A stretch of 64,000 nucleotides of DNA from a virus. The stretch's first letter is position 1; each line of letters opens with the position of its first letter. The DNA is taken from the IMG/VR virus record IMGVR_UViG_3300015050_001142, positions 31,586 through 95,585 of that record; one strand, written 5' to 3'. The notes under the pieces were generated by a model. It was not told where the DNA came from, did not search any database, and saw nothing but the letters and a program-made list of their open reading frames with translations. Made by a program: the position numbers and the translations under genes. Shown here in pieces: positions 10,542 through 19,845 of this stretch.

Positions 10542-11204
10542 ATGAAAGTAGAAGGCATTAAAGTACACACAATAAAACACATGTGGGAAGCTTATTCTAA
10601 AAAAATTGTAGAAGCCAATCCTGATTGTATTACTGTGTACCAAAATAACATTCATAATTTTTACATTTTCAAACCTAAGACCAGATCTAAAATAATTACA
10701 ACTGTTTTCCCTTCGCGTACAAGTTATCGTAGAGAATATAGTATGGATGGATTAATCTTCAGCTATGAGATGTTTCGTAAAATAATAGATGATTATTTCA
10801 TGAAAGCTCGTAAAGAAATCGTTGAAGGTAATGCCCTTCGTTTAAATACAATGGGAGTAATCTGCGGTAAGCGTGTAGAGAGAGATTATCGTAAATCAAA
10901 ACAACGAATGATCAATTGGCAGAAGACTAAGCTTCAACCTTTAGTTTATGATGAAGCACTTGGCCGAGATCGATATGAGAAAAAGATTTATTTTACTGGT
11001 GATGATTGGTGTCGTATAGCCTGGTGTAAGACTGTGCCGGTTACAAATATGACTGTATATGAGTTTACTCCGACATCTTCAACATCTGGTCAAAGAAATG
11101 GATTTAAATCTCAATTCACTGATGCACTTGCTTCTAACCCATTATTGAAATATCAATATTTATTTGAACCAATATATTATCCACCGATTAAGCCAACAGT
11201 ATGA
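10542..11204 (+). CDS. IHF/HU-like basic DNA-binding protein of the crAss structural module
   Basis: Basic; KEIVEGNALRLNTMG, INWQKTK, WCRIAW segments; position just before ring and muzzle genes. Confidence 0.6.
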   Translation: MKVEGIKVHTIKHMWEAYSKKIVEANPDCITVYQNNIHNFYIFKPKTRSKIITTVFPSRTSYRREYSMDGLIFSYEMFRKIIDDYFMKARKEIVEGNALRLNTMGVICGKRVERDYRKSKQRMINWQKTKLQPLVYDEALGRDRYEKKIYFTGDDWCRIAWCKTVPVTNMTVYEFTPTSSTSGQRNGFKSQFTDALASNPLLKYQYLFEPIYYPPIKPTV

Positions 11205-12040
11205 TCTATACATCAACAGGTATAAAAGAAGTCATTGGCCGTGTTATACGTAATACCCGTATTCAGGACAGTTCTTATATTTCTGATATGGTTGAATGGA
11301 TACCGGAAGCAATGGGACTCATGCAAACCAAGATGGAATTAAAACCTGCTTATGAAGATATACGTGTGAATTTTCATATGGGCAAGCTTCCATGTAATCT
11401 TCGCTGGATCACTGCAGTTGAATGGAATGGTTGTCGTATACCTGAAAACAATTCAGCACGATCTGCAGCAAGTATTTCCCGCAGGCGTATTGATGCAGCA
11501 TTAGGTACTGCTGAAGGTTTTATAACAGTACCCACTAAATGGGATACACCTACAGGTAATCAAATGTATGATACTGCACTGGTACAATTCAGTTCATTAT
11601 GTGCTGATTCATGTGGAAGACTTCCTTGGAATCAGGCAGTATGGTACCAGGTAGAAATGGATTACTTACAGTTCTCAATTGCTGATACTGTAGTAAGGGT
11701 ACATTACAAAGGAATTCCATTAGATGAAAATGGATTCCCGTTAATTCCTGATGAAGAAAATTATAAGCAAGCTCTTTATTTCTATACACGGAAGATGATG
11801 ATCGGTGCAGGATATGAAGATAAAGTTTATACCATGTTACAGCTTGATGCTGAATTTGAAAAGTATGCTGGTCGTGCAATGGGAAAGATTCGGTACCCTT
11901 CTGTAGATTCAATGGATATGAAAGTTGATCGAATGACAAGATTAATTGTTGATCCTAATTACTTCAATTCATTTTTCTCCGGTACTGGTCCAGAGAAATT
12001 TTATGGTTTACCAAGCAAAATAAACTATCCTAACTTATGA
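11201..12040 (+). CDS. Tail tubular / ring protein (P22 gp4-like)
   Basis: EWIPEAM, GKLPCNL, YKGIPLDENGFPLIPD motifs; directly before the muzzle gene. Confidence 0.75.
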   Translation: MIYTSTGIKEVIGRVIRNTRIQDSSYISDMVEWIPEAMGLMQTKMELKPAYEDIRVNFHMGKLPCNLRWITAVEWNGCRIPENNSARSAASISRRRIDAALGTAEGFITVPTKWDTPTGNQMYDTALVQFSSLCADSCGRLPWNQAVWYQVEMDYLQFSIADTVVRVHYKGIPLDENGFPLIPDEENYKQALYFYTRKMMIGAGYEDKVYTMLQLDAEFEKYAGRAMGKIRYPSVDSMDMKVDRMTRLIVDPNYFNSFFSGTGPEKFYGLPSKINYPNL

Positions 12041-15000
12041 AGCCAATAAAAGGAATACAAATGGATAATCGTCCCTCAGAGCAACCTGAAGGGACTTATC
12101 CGTTTGGTAAGAATGGTATTCAATTTGATTTGAATGGATCTGTATTCAATGAACCAGGGTTTAGAGCAATGACTGCAGTAGTACCTTATGCACTTAATGG
12201 TATAATCGAAACTGATGATAAGCCAATATTATTCTCAACAAATAATACTAATTCAGCAATTGGTTTCTTTAATCCAAAGACTGAATTATATGAACCCATT
12301 ATCGATGATGCAAACTGGGCTTTAACAGGACAGTATCTTGGGTTTAAGATTGAAAATTATATTACCGGTGAATCTCAGCGTAATTATAAAGGAGAGATGG
12401 TAGTAACCTTTACTGATAAGGTAACGTATCCAAAATATCTTAATTGTGATAATCCAAGCCTAGCATCAATTGATGATTTGAGATTATTCGCATATTTTCT
12501 TCCACCAACATTAACTGTAGTACAAGCTCAAGGCGGTAAACTTTTACCCGGTACTTACTATGTTGCAGTTGGCTATGAAAGAAATGATGGTACTTCATCT
12601 CCTTATTCTGCAGTGAGTAATGGCACTTTTGTTACTCCGGGCGCTACTATTGGAGTAACAAATAAATCACTAAGCATTACAATCGATAATGCAGATACAA
12701 GTTATGATTCAATCCGTGTTGCAATTATATCTCGTATTGATGGTAAAACAACTGCAGTTGAATTAAATGATTTCTTACCCATTACAGGCGCTACAATTCA
12801 ATTGACATATACAGGTGTAAATCCAAGTACTGATATTGCTATTGAATCAATATTAACTCCACCAGCTTTGTACAGTAAGGTTGGAACAATGGGACAATTA
12901 AATGATGCTTTGTATTTGGCTGAACTTGAGAAAGAACCGGATTTAGATGATATGCAGCCTTATGCTGCTTCTGTTATTTTAGAATGGACTTCAGAATTAA
13001 TGAATGCACTTAATCCGCCAGAAGAACATGTTACCGGGATCAAGAAATCTAATATGCACGAGGAAGTTTATGCTAGATATATTAGGTACCGTAAAGCTCG
13101 TGGTGGATTCACTAAATGGTACGTTATTCCTGGACCGGTACCTGAAGCTGCAGATATAGCCGCATCATCAGAAGCTGCTGTAAGTGGATATACTGGCGGA
13201 AGTGTACCGAAATTTAAAGTAGAAGATACGATTCATTATTTCGATCCTGTTGCTAAAACGGGATCTTGTGGTGTTTGGGTAAATACAACTGAAAGATATC
13301 CAGACACAGTTGATTTCGATGCTACATCTATCGGCGGACCAAACCTGCGTAATCAATTGGTTCGTCACCATAAGATGCCATCTCTCAGATGGTGTAAAGC
13401 AAATCTTTATCAAACAGAAGATGATTATGGTAAAACTAAACTCGATCTGCTTGGTGTGCGTGCATTAAATGTTCGTATTCCAGATAAATATATTGGAATT
13501 ATTAATGGTTATGAACTTGGATATGCATTACGTACAACAGGTAATATGACTGTACTTGGCCAAGGAGCATTAATGCATGGAGCTACTGATACACGTAATT
13601 ATCAGCATGCATTAAATACAATACCAATCTATACAACTGGTGGAAATTTTACCAGTGCCATATTTCATCCAACAGTAAACTTTTTTAGTTCGGATCGTGG
13701 TCCGTGGAATGATGATGATGCATTACAGGATCTTAGACTGGATACAATGAGATTTCATGCGTTTGATTTATTATTCAATAAACCTGCGATATCTCCAACA
13801 TTTATATCTGCACAGTTTAAGCTTCACAGAGATATTGGCTATCCTCAATACTTAGAAGATGGTACTCTTGACGATACAGTTCCTGGTGATGCACCATTAG
13901 GATTTTTAATTGATTATACAATTGGATTGAAACCTGTACAAATTGCAACTGGAAAGAAACTTCGAGCTATTGGTTCAAGTTTCTATCTTGATAATACAGT
14001 TAATGTAAATCAGTTTGTAAATCTTAGACACGAGAATACATATGGTGGTACTTTATTAGGAACTCCCTGGAGTATTGTGTATGGTAATTCATCATTAAGA
14101 ATGCGCCGTGGTAATGCTACTGATTATACACTCGGAATGCCACCTTATGAAGAAACTTACCTCATCAATCTTCTTTCATTGAAGAATGACATCTATAATA
14201 ATTTCTATTCTCAAATGCTTGTATCATCCGGTACCGCAAAAAGTCTTTCTGATATAACTCCATTCTGGGGCGGCGATACATTTAATTGTGATTATACTTT
14301 TCATACTTATGGAAGACATGATGCTGTAGATTCAGAAGGTGATGGATTTAGAGGAAAGAAAATAGTTCGTAGAATTATTTGTGAAAGCGTATCGAACATT
14401 GCAGTAAGATATGAGATACCAGGAAATATTTATTCTAAGTGGTACCCACATAACTCTATTACAACAGGAGTACCTGAGCAATGTTATCCTACATTTCAAT
14501 TAAGAACTGAAGATCCTAATCAATTTGGATACTCTAAAGATTTCAATGCATTGAATGATTTAATTGATGCAACAATATATTCTCCATTCAGAGAATATAT
14601 TTATTCGTTTCCATTTCGTATTCATCGTGGTGGTAAGAATAATCGTCAAACAAGGCCACGTTCATGGAGAACATTTTTACCACTTGATTACTATGAATGC
14701 CAAAAGAATATGGGCCGGATAATTAATCTGGAAGGTTTAGATGATCACTTATTAATTCATCACGAAAATGCATTATTCCAAACTTTGGATAAATTAAAAC
14801 TTGATGGGGATGTATTATCTGTAACACTTGGTTCCGGTGATATATTTCAGTTTGAACCACAAACACCAATTGATGCTAAACTCGGCTATGCAGGTACACA
14901 GCATGATTTAGCATGTATTAAAACTCCAATGGGGTACTTTTTTGTTGATGCTAAACAAGGAGAAGTATATCTCTATAAATCTAATACTCCTCAAAATCTT

Positions 15001-17022
15001 AATGCGGGTGCAAATATTTTCTTACGTGAATTCTTAAAAATAACTGAGAAGAACACATATATAGGTAATGGTATCACTGTAGCATGGGATCAGAAATATA
15101 AAAGATTATTACTTACAATTAAAAATAGAACTGTTGGAACTGGTGTAATTAAAATATTCCAGGATACAGATGAGTTTTGGGATTCACTTGAAGTTGGTGA
15201 TGTTGTAAGTTATAAAGGTAGATTAGTTCAATTCAAAGGAAATAATGATACAATTTATTCCTGCCCAACTGTACCAACTCCTGAAGTATTGGTATGGACA
15301 AAGACTACTCCTTACTGTACTCCAAATGATCGCAGTCCTGCGGGTAATAGCGGAATGAAAGCCTGGAGATATCGTACAAGAACTGGTGGAAGTCCTAATC
15401 CATATGTTGAATTAAATACGCCTAACAGTGGATTGGGACCATACTTTCCACCTGAATATGATCCTGCGACATGCCCTTTACCAATCCCGGTTGTTGAATG
15501 GATTGGAATAAATCCTTATTGTGTTAAATCAGGTGGTGGAAGCCAGTGCCCTGTTGGTTGGACTCTTTCAGATGATGGTACATACTGTTATATGATCGAT
15601 CAATACCCGGCAACTGCATCAACATCTCCAGCATCTGTATTGAGATTAGCACATTTTCAATACGAACATTATGGAGAAGTGGGTACTGTTGTACATAAAC
15701 TTAATGGTTTCAATGCTGATGGTACTTGGGATACAGGTGATTCAGCTAAATGGCCAAATATTTATGCCCCTATAGCTTATCAAACTGTTTACAATCATGC
15801 TACTGTAATTGACTATCCATCAGGAATGTGGAGAAATGCATTATCTAATTTAACTGATGGCAGACTAAATACAGCAGGTATATGGTTACAGGGGAATCAA
15901 AATTATAACGGTACTCTTGGATTTTCAAGGCAAGTAAATATTCCTGTTGCCGGTACTTATTACATTGGTGTTGGATCTGATGATTATGGTACTATTAAAG
16001 TCGATGGAGTAACTGTTGTAATGCAATCAGTAGCTACATTATCTGGTGTAAATTATTTGAATACGCCTGGTCAAGATTGTTTATTCAGACACTGGATATT
16101 ATATCCAGTACAATTAACTGCAGGCCCACATATATTTGAATTGATTAGTACCAATACTGGTTCATTAGGCATTCTTGGAATGGAAATATATGTAGGTGAT
16201 GAAGCAACTTTAATGGCTTTAACAAGTCTTGATGCCAGTCATTATTTATTTTCTACAAAAGATGAAATTGATGGAGATCCATTTGATGTTGGTAATTATA
16301 ATTGTGATGCTTATCCTGGATATCAATTAGTAAATGATGGCGGTGTTTATTATTGCCGTAAAATAACAACTCAAGCGCCTGTAGCCGGTGAAACAAATAC
16401 CGGATCAAAAGGATATAACGATCGTGCACGAATAACTAATGGAGAACGCGATGGTTATGAAGAGCCTAATACATTGTTTGATGGACTAGGCACATACGTA
16501 CCCCCAATTGTTGATTATACAGCTTGTCCAGTAACATCTCCAGTGGCATCTCCGGCAGATCCGATAATTAGTGGTACTGTAACAAAGTTCTGCAGTGATG
16601 AAGGTTGTGCCGTAGAAGGGCATGTATCTTTATACCTTGAATTTGATCAACCGGTACCATTTGACTTGGTTTTATTAGTAGGAGAATTGATTACATTATT
16701 TGATGGACGTAAAGAATATACAGGCAGTGATATCTTTACTCCACCACCAGGCGCAAGGCCGAATCAACTCTTTTATCAGGCAGGAGCTGGTAAGAATACT
16801 CCATTTGAAATCAATATCCCTGCAGGCGCAAGAGGTATTACTATTCCTGAAATCATTTATCAAGAAGGATACTTTGGGGTACCTTTCGCCGATTGGAGAT
16901 GCAATAATTGTCAATATCCAATAAGTGATCTTTATTTCAAATTAAAACTACCTGAATCTGGGTACACTTTGAATTTACGTGGAGCAGAGAGTCCTGGAAT
17001 AACTATTCATAATCAAAATTAA
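12037..17022 (+). CDS. Tail stabilisation / muzzle protein, N-terminal part, with C-terminal Cys-rich and PA14-like modules
   Basis: KGIQMD start, VRHHKMP, WGGDTF, SWRTFLPLDY, GYAGTQH, GYFFVDAKQG, WDQKYKRLLLT motifs; GSDDYGTIKVDG PA14-like motif. Confidence 0.8.
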   Translation: MKPIKGIQMDNRPSEQPEGTYPFGKNGIQFDLNGSVFNEPGFRAMTAVVPYALNGIIETDDKPILFSTNNTNSAIGFFNPKTELYEPIIDDANWALTGQYLGFKIENYITGESQRNYKGEMVVTFTDKVTYPKYLNCDNPSLASIDDLRLFAYFLPPTLTVVQAQGGKLLPGTYYVAVGYERNDGTSSPYSAVSNGTFVTPGATIGVTNKSLSITIDNADTSYDSIRVAIISRIDGKTTAVELNDFLPITGATIQLTYTGVNPSTDIAIESILTPPALYSKVGTMGQLNDALYLAELEKEPDLDDMQPYAASVILEWTSELMNALNPPEEHVTGIKKSNMHEEVYARYIRYRKARGGFTKWYVIPGPVPEAADIAASSEAAVSGYTGGSVPKFKVEDTIHYFDPVAKTGSCGVWVNTTERYPDTVDFDATSIGGPNLRNQLVRHHKMPSLRWCKANLYQTEDDYGKTKLDLLGVRALNVRIPDKYIGIINGYELGYALRTTGNMTVLGQGALMHGATDTRNYQHALNTIPIYTTGGNFTSAIFHPTVNFFSSDRGPWNDDDALQDLRLDTMRFHAFDLLFNKPAISPTFISAQFKLHRDIGYPQYLEDGTLDDTVPGDAPLGFLIDYTIGLKPVQIATGKKLRAIGSSFYLDNTVNVNQFVNLRHENTYGGTLLGTPWSIVYGNSSLRMRRGNATDYTLGMPPYEETYLINLLSLKNDIYNNFYSQMLVSSGTAKSLSDITPFWGGDTFNCDYTFHTYGRHDAVDSEGDGFRGKKIVRRIICESVSNIAVRYEIPGNIYSKWYPHNSITTGVPEQCYPTFQLRTEDPNQFGYSKDFNALNDLIDATIYSPFREYIYSFPFRIHRGGKNNRQTRPRSWRTFLPLDYYECQKNMGRIINLEGLDDHLLIHHENALFQTLDKLKLDGDVLSVTLGSGDIFQFEPQTPIDAKLGYAGTQHDLACIKTPMGYFFVDAKQGEVYLYKSNTPQNLNAGANIFLREFLKITEKNTYIGNGITVAWDQKYKRLLLTIKNRTVGTGVIKIFQDTDEFWDSLEVGDVVSYKGRLVQFKGNNDTIYSCPTVPTPEVLVWTKTTPYCTPNDRSPAGNSGMKAWRYRTRTGGSPNPYVELNTPNSGLGPYFPPEYDPATCPLPIPVVEWIGINPYCVKSGGGSQCPVGWTLSDDGTYCYMIDQYPATASTSPASVLRLAHFQYEHYGEVGTVVHKLNGFNADGTWDTGDSAKWPNIYAPIAYQTVYNHATVIDYPSGMWRNALSNLTDGRLNTAGIWLQGNQNYNGTLGFSRQVNIPVAGTYYIGVGSDDYGTIKVDGVTVVMQSVATLSGVNYLNTPGQDCLFRHWILYPVQLTAGPHIFELISTNTGSLGILGMEIYVGDEATLMALTSLDASHYLFSTKDEIDGDPFDVGNYNCDAYPGYQLVNDGGVYYCRKITTQAPVAGETNTGSKGYNDRARITNGERDGYEEPNTLFDGLGTYVPPIVDYTACPVTSPVASPADPIISGTVTKFCSDEGCAVEGHVSLYLEFDQPVPFDLVLLVGELITLFDGRKEYTGSDIFTPPPGARPNQLFYQAGAGKNTPFEINIPAGARGITIPEIIYQEGYFGVPFADWRCNNCQYPISDLYFKLKLPESGYTLNLRGAESPGITIHNQN

Positions 17023-17027
17023 TTACA

Positions 17028-17783
17028 ATGCCTGTACTTGGTTGTATGAATCCGAATGCTGTTAATTATAATCCTTCTGCAACTCAGGAAGATAATAGTT
17101 GTATATACCTGATTAGCCATGATTCTGAATGTAAAAAGTTTATTGATTACACAGATGTAATTGATCGATCATTTACTTTATCTTATTCAATCATGGGGAA
17201 TTCATGGGTATTCTTTCATGATTATATACCGGATATGTACCTGCAAACAAGAGAGAATCTCTATTCAGTTAAGCAATCTGAAATTCGTAAACACCATGAA
17301 GGAGCACCAGGTAATTATGACGGTACTATTAGCCCGTTCTTTATTGATATAATATTTAGAGCTGAATCAGACCTATTATTAGAATCAATTACCTGGATAA
17401 CCGAATTCCTTGACGCTAATGCGAAAGATCAGGAATTCGATACATTAACTCATATTAGTATTTGGAATTCTACTCAACATTCAGGACGAATTGAACTTTC
17501 TCAAGTATTTGAGAATTTAGAATTTCAGGTAAGACGTACTCAGGGATCATGGACATTCAACGATTTCCGTAATATCATTAAAGACAATGGAGTACAGTTC
17601 TTACTCGATCTTTTCCATAATTATCGTCTGGATACAGATCAAATAGATCCTAACCTTTCATGGTACGATAAAGCTTTACTTCAAGATAAGTGGTTTTGTA
17701 TCAGATTTGAGTCTGATAATATATCAGGAAAGAAAGTTATCTTGCATGATACAACGATCACAGCATTAAAATCTAACCGATGA
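17028..17783 (+). CDS. Muzzle / stabilisation protein C-terminal part as a separate ORF
   Basis: SFTLSYS...WVFFHDYIPD, IWNSTQHSG, WTFNDFRN, DKWFCIRF resemble the C-terminus of crAss muzzle proteins; starts with a GCMNPNAVNYNPSATQEDNSC repeat. Confidence 0.7.
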   Translation: MPVLGCMNPNAVNYNPSATQEDNSCIYLISHDSECKKFIDYTDVIDRSFTLSYSIMGNSWVFFHDYIPDMYLQTRENLYSVKQSEIRKHHEGAPGNYDGTISPFFIDIIFRAESDLLLESITWITEFLDANAKDQEFDTLTHISIWNSTQHSGRIELSQVFENLEFQVRRTQGSWTFNDFRNIIKDNGVQFLLDLFHNYRLDTDQIDPNLSWYDKALLQDKWFCIRFESDNISGKKVILHDTTITALKSNR

Positions 17784-18763
17784 GTAAGTTATATAAACGA
17801 TATGGAAACGGTGGGGATACTACAAAAATAAGAGTGCCTAAACTTAATATGGCAGAAGAAATTGCTGCTATTAATGCAGGTAAAAAAGGATTTAGTGATG
17901 TACAAAGAGATAGCATTGCTGCAACATTTGATAGAAAATCATGGCTTCATACTGTTGATAAAGCTGGATTTGATACAACCAAAATTATAAATTCAAAAGC
18001 ACCTATAAATACAACTATAGTTAAACGAAGAATGGGTAATGGTGGAGATACAAGGTCTGCTGTTCTTGGTAATCAAATTGGTACTGCAGCTGGTGTCGGT
18101 GCGGGAGTCATTGATGCATTTGATGGCGGAAATGATTTAGGGTACCAGGGAAAAGGTACAGTAATTGGTAAGAGTGTGCTGACTGGAGCTGCAACTGGAG
18201 CTATGTTTGGACCGATTGGGGCCGGCGTTGGTGCTGTAGTTGGCGGTATTACCGGGATTGTTCGTGCCGGCCAACAAGCTAATGAACAAAAAACATTGAG
18301 ATCCCGTATCAAGACGAATAAATTCATGAATGATGCCGCTAATTCTCAAGCACGAATAGCAACTAATCCTGAACTTGTAACCGGTTCACAGAATGCTCAA
18401 TACTTTGCTGATGGTGGTCAAATGAAAGCACCACTTACTGAAGCTTATATGAAAGGCGGTAATGCGAAACAATTATCATCAACCAATAGCGAACTTGAAG
18501 GTAATAGCCATGAACAAGGTGGAATTGATGTACCTGCTGTAAATGCTAATCTGGAAGATGGCGAAACAACTGCAGGTACTTTTGTATTCAGTGAGAAATT
18601 AGGATTCGCTAAATTGCATAAGCCTATTGCCAGAGCGATCGGTAAGATTGAGGAGAAAGTACAAACTCCTGATCGTGTTGAAGCTATAAAACGATTGAAA
18701 GCAAGAGAACAGGAATTAGCACAGAAACAAGAATTATACAAAAAGCTTTATAATATAAATTGA
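17780..18763 (+). CDS. Cargo (ejected) protein 1-like
   Basis: Glycine-zipper hydrophobic segment (GAATGAMFGPIGAGVGAVVGG); GNSHEQGG, EDGET, FVFSEKL motifs. Confidence 0.7.
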   Translation: MSKLYKRYGNGGDTTKIRVPKLNMAEEIAAINAGKKGFSDVQRDSIAATFDRKSWLHTVDKAGFDTTKIINSKAPINTTIVKRRMGNGGDTRSAVLGNQIGTAAGVGAGVIDAFDGGNDLGYQGKGTVIGKSVLTGAATGAMFGPIGAGVGAVVGGITGIVRAGQQANEQKTLRSRIKTNKFMNDAANSQARIATNPELVTGSQNAQYFADGGQMKAPLTEAYMKGGNAKQLSSTNSELEGNSHEQGGIDVPAVNANLEDGETTAGTFVFSEKLGFAKLHKPIARAIGKIEEKVQTPDRVEAIKRLKAREQELAQKQELYKKLYNIN

Positions 18764-19842
18764 TTTCTATGAAACAATTATCTAAAGGATTTCGTAAGAT
18801 GGCTTATGGCGGTGATAATGATCCGTTCTCTGGTTCATCATCTGCATCTGTAAGTTCTACTCGTAAAAAGAAATGGAATCCAGATATTAAAGCTGCGCCA
18901 CAATCTTTTATGGGTACTGCTTTAAATCTTACGCCTAAGAAACGATTTACTGGAAGTACAGCAGATCCTGATTTGAAAAAACCTGGAGTTAGTGCAATTG
19001 TAGATAAGATATTGCCTTATGCAAGTAATATTGCTAATGCGTTTCGCCGTGCGCCAAAACCATCAGCTCCAATATTAAATGCAGCTCAGAAATTACAGAA
19101 GATTAATATGGATGATGCGCGGTACCAAGTTGGTCGTGAGATAGGCGCTTCTAATACTGGAGCCGATCGTACACTCGATAGTAATACTGCAATGTCAGTT
19201 AAGTTATTTAATTCCGGTCGTAAGATTAATGAATTAGGAAAGATTAATGAATTCGAGAAGAATGCCAATGCGGGAATCTCTAATCAACAAGCAATGCTGG
19301 ATTATCAAAATCAAGTTGGTAATAATGCAAAGCTTGATGAATTTAACAATACTATACTTGAAGGTAAGATTGCTGATAGCGCAAATCAATCTGCAAACTT
19401 TGCTAATGCTGCAGATAAATATATTGCTATTGGTAACGAGAGAGCTAAAGGTCAACTCGATCTTGATAAGACAAAAACACTTTCAACAATGTTCTCAACA
19501 AATGGACCAGGGGGTGGGTTGTTTAATCGTGAAAGATTACGTATTGCAAAGACAGGTGCTGTTGATCCATTACTTGGCCGAGCATTAACTCCAATGGAAA
19601 TAGCACAGATTGGATATACTAATGATGAACCAGTAGTTACCAGTACACCACCTGCAGTTCAACCTACCGCTGTTACGCCAGCACCGATAAGTTCCGATCG
19701 TATTCCTTATATGCCACCACAAGCAAAAGGGTATCCTTACAGTAATACCACTTTACCAAAACAATTTTCAGTTCCAGCTAATCCACTGATACGTAAATCA
19801 AAGTTTCAATTGGGTGGACAAATGAGAAAAGTTAAATACTAA
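18760..19842 (+). CDS. Putative cargo (ejected) protein
   Basis: Synteny; Asn/Ala/Gln-rich helical core; xxxGG motifs at both ends. Confidence 0.55.
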   Translation: MISMKQLSKGFRKMAYGGDNDPFSGSSSASVSSTRKKKWNPDIKAAPQSFMGTALNLTPKKRFTGSTADPDLKKPGVSAIVDKILPYASNIANAFRRAPKPSAPILNAAQKLQKINMDDARYQVGREIGASNTGADRTLDSNTAMSVKLFNSGRKINELGKINEFEKNANAGISNQQAMLDYQNQVGNNAKLDEFNNTILEGKIADSANQSANFANAADKYIAIGNERAKGQLDLDKTKTLSTMFSTNGPGGGLFNRERLRIAKTGAVDPLLGRALTPMEIAQIGYTNDEPVVTSTPPAVQPTAVTPAPISSDRIPYMPPQAKGYPYSNTTLPKQFSVPANPLIRKSKFQLGGQMRKVKY

Positions 19843-19845
19843 GCC

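Noticed and set aside
15280-17045. Ribosomal bypass or splicing joining PEVL (~15285) to PVLGC (~17031) to restore a one-piece muzzle
   Set aside because: Similarity is only a few bases; no intron structure or matched take-off/landing signals; a simple split gene is more parsimonious
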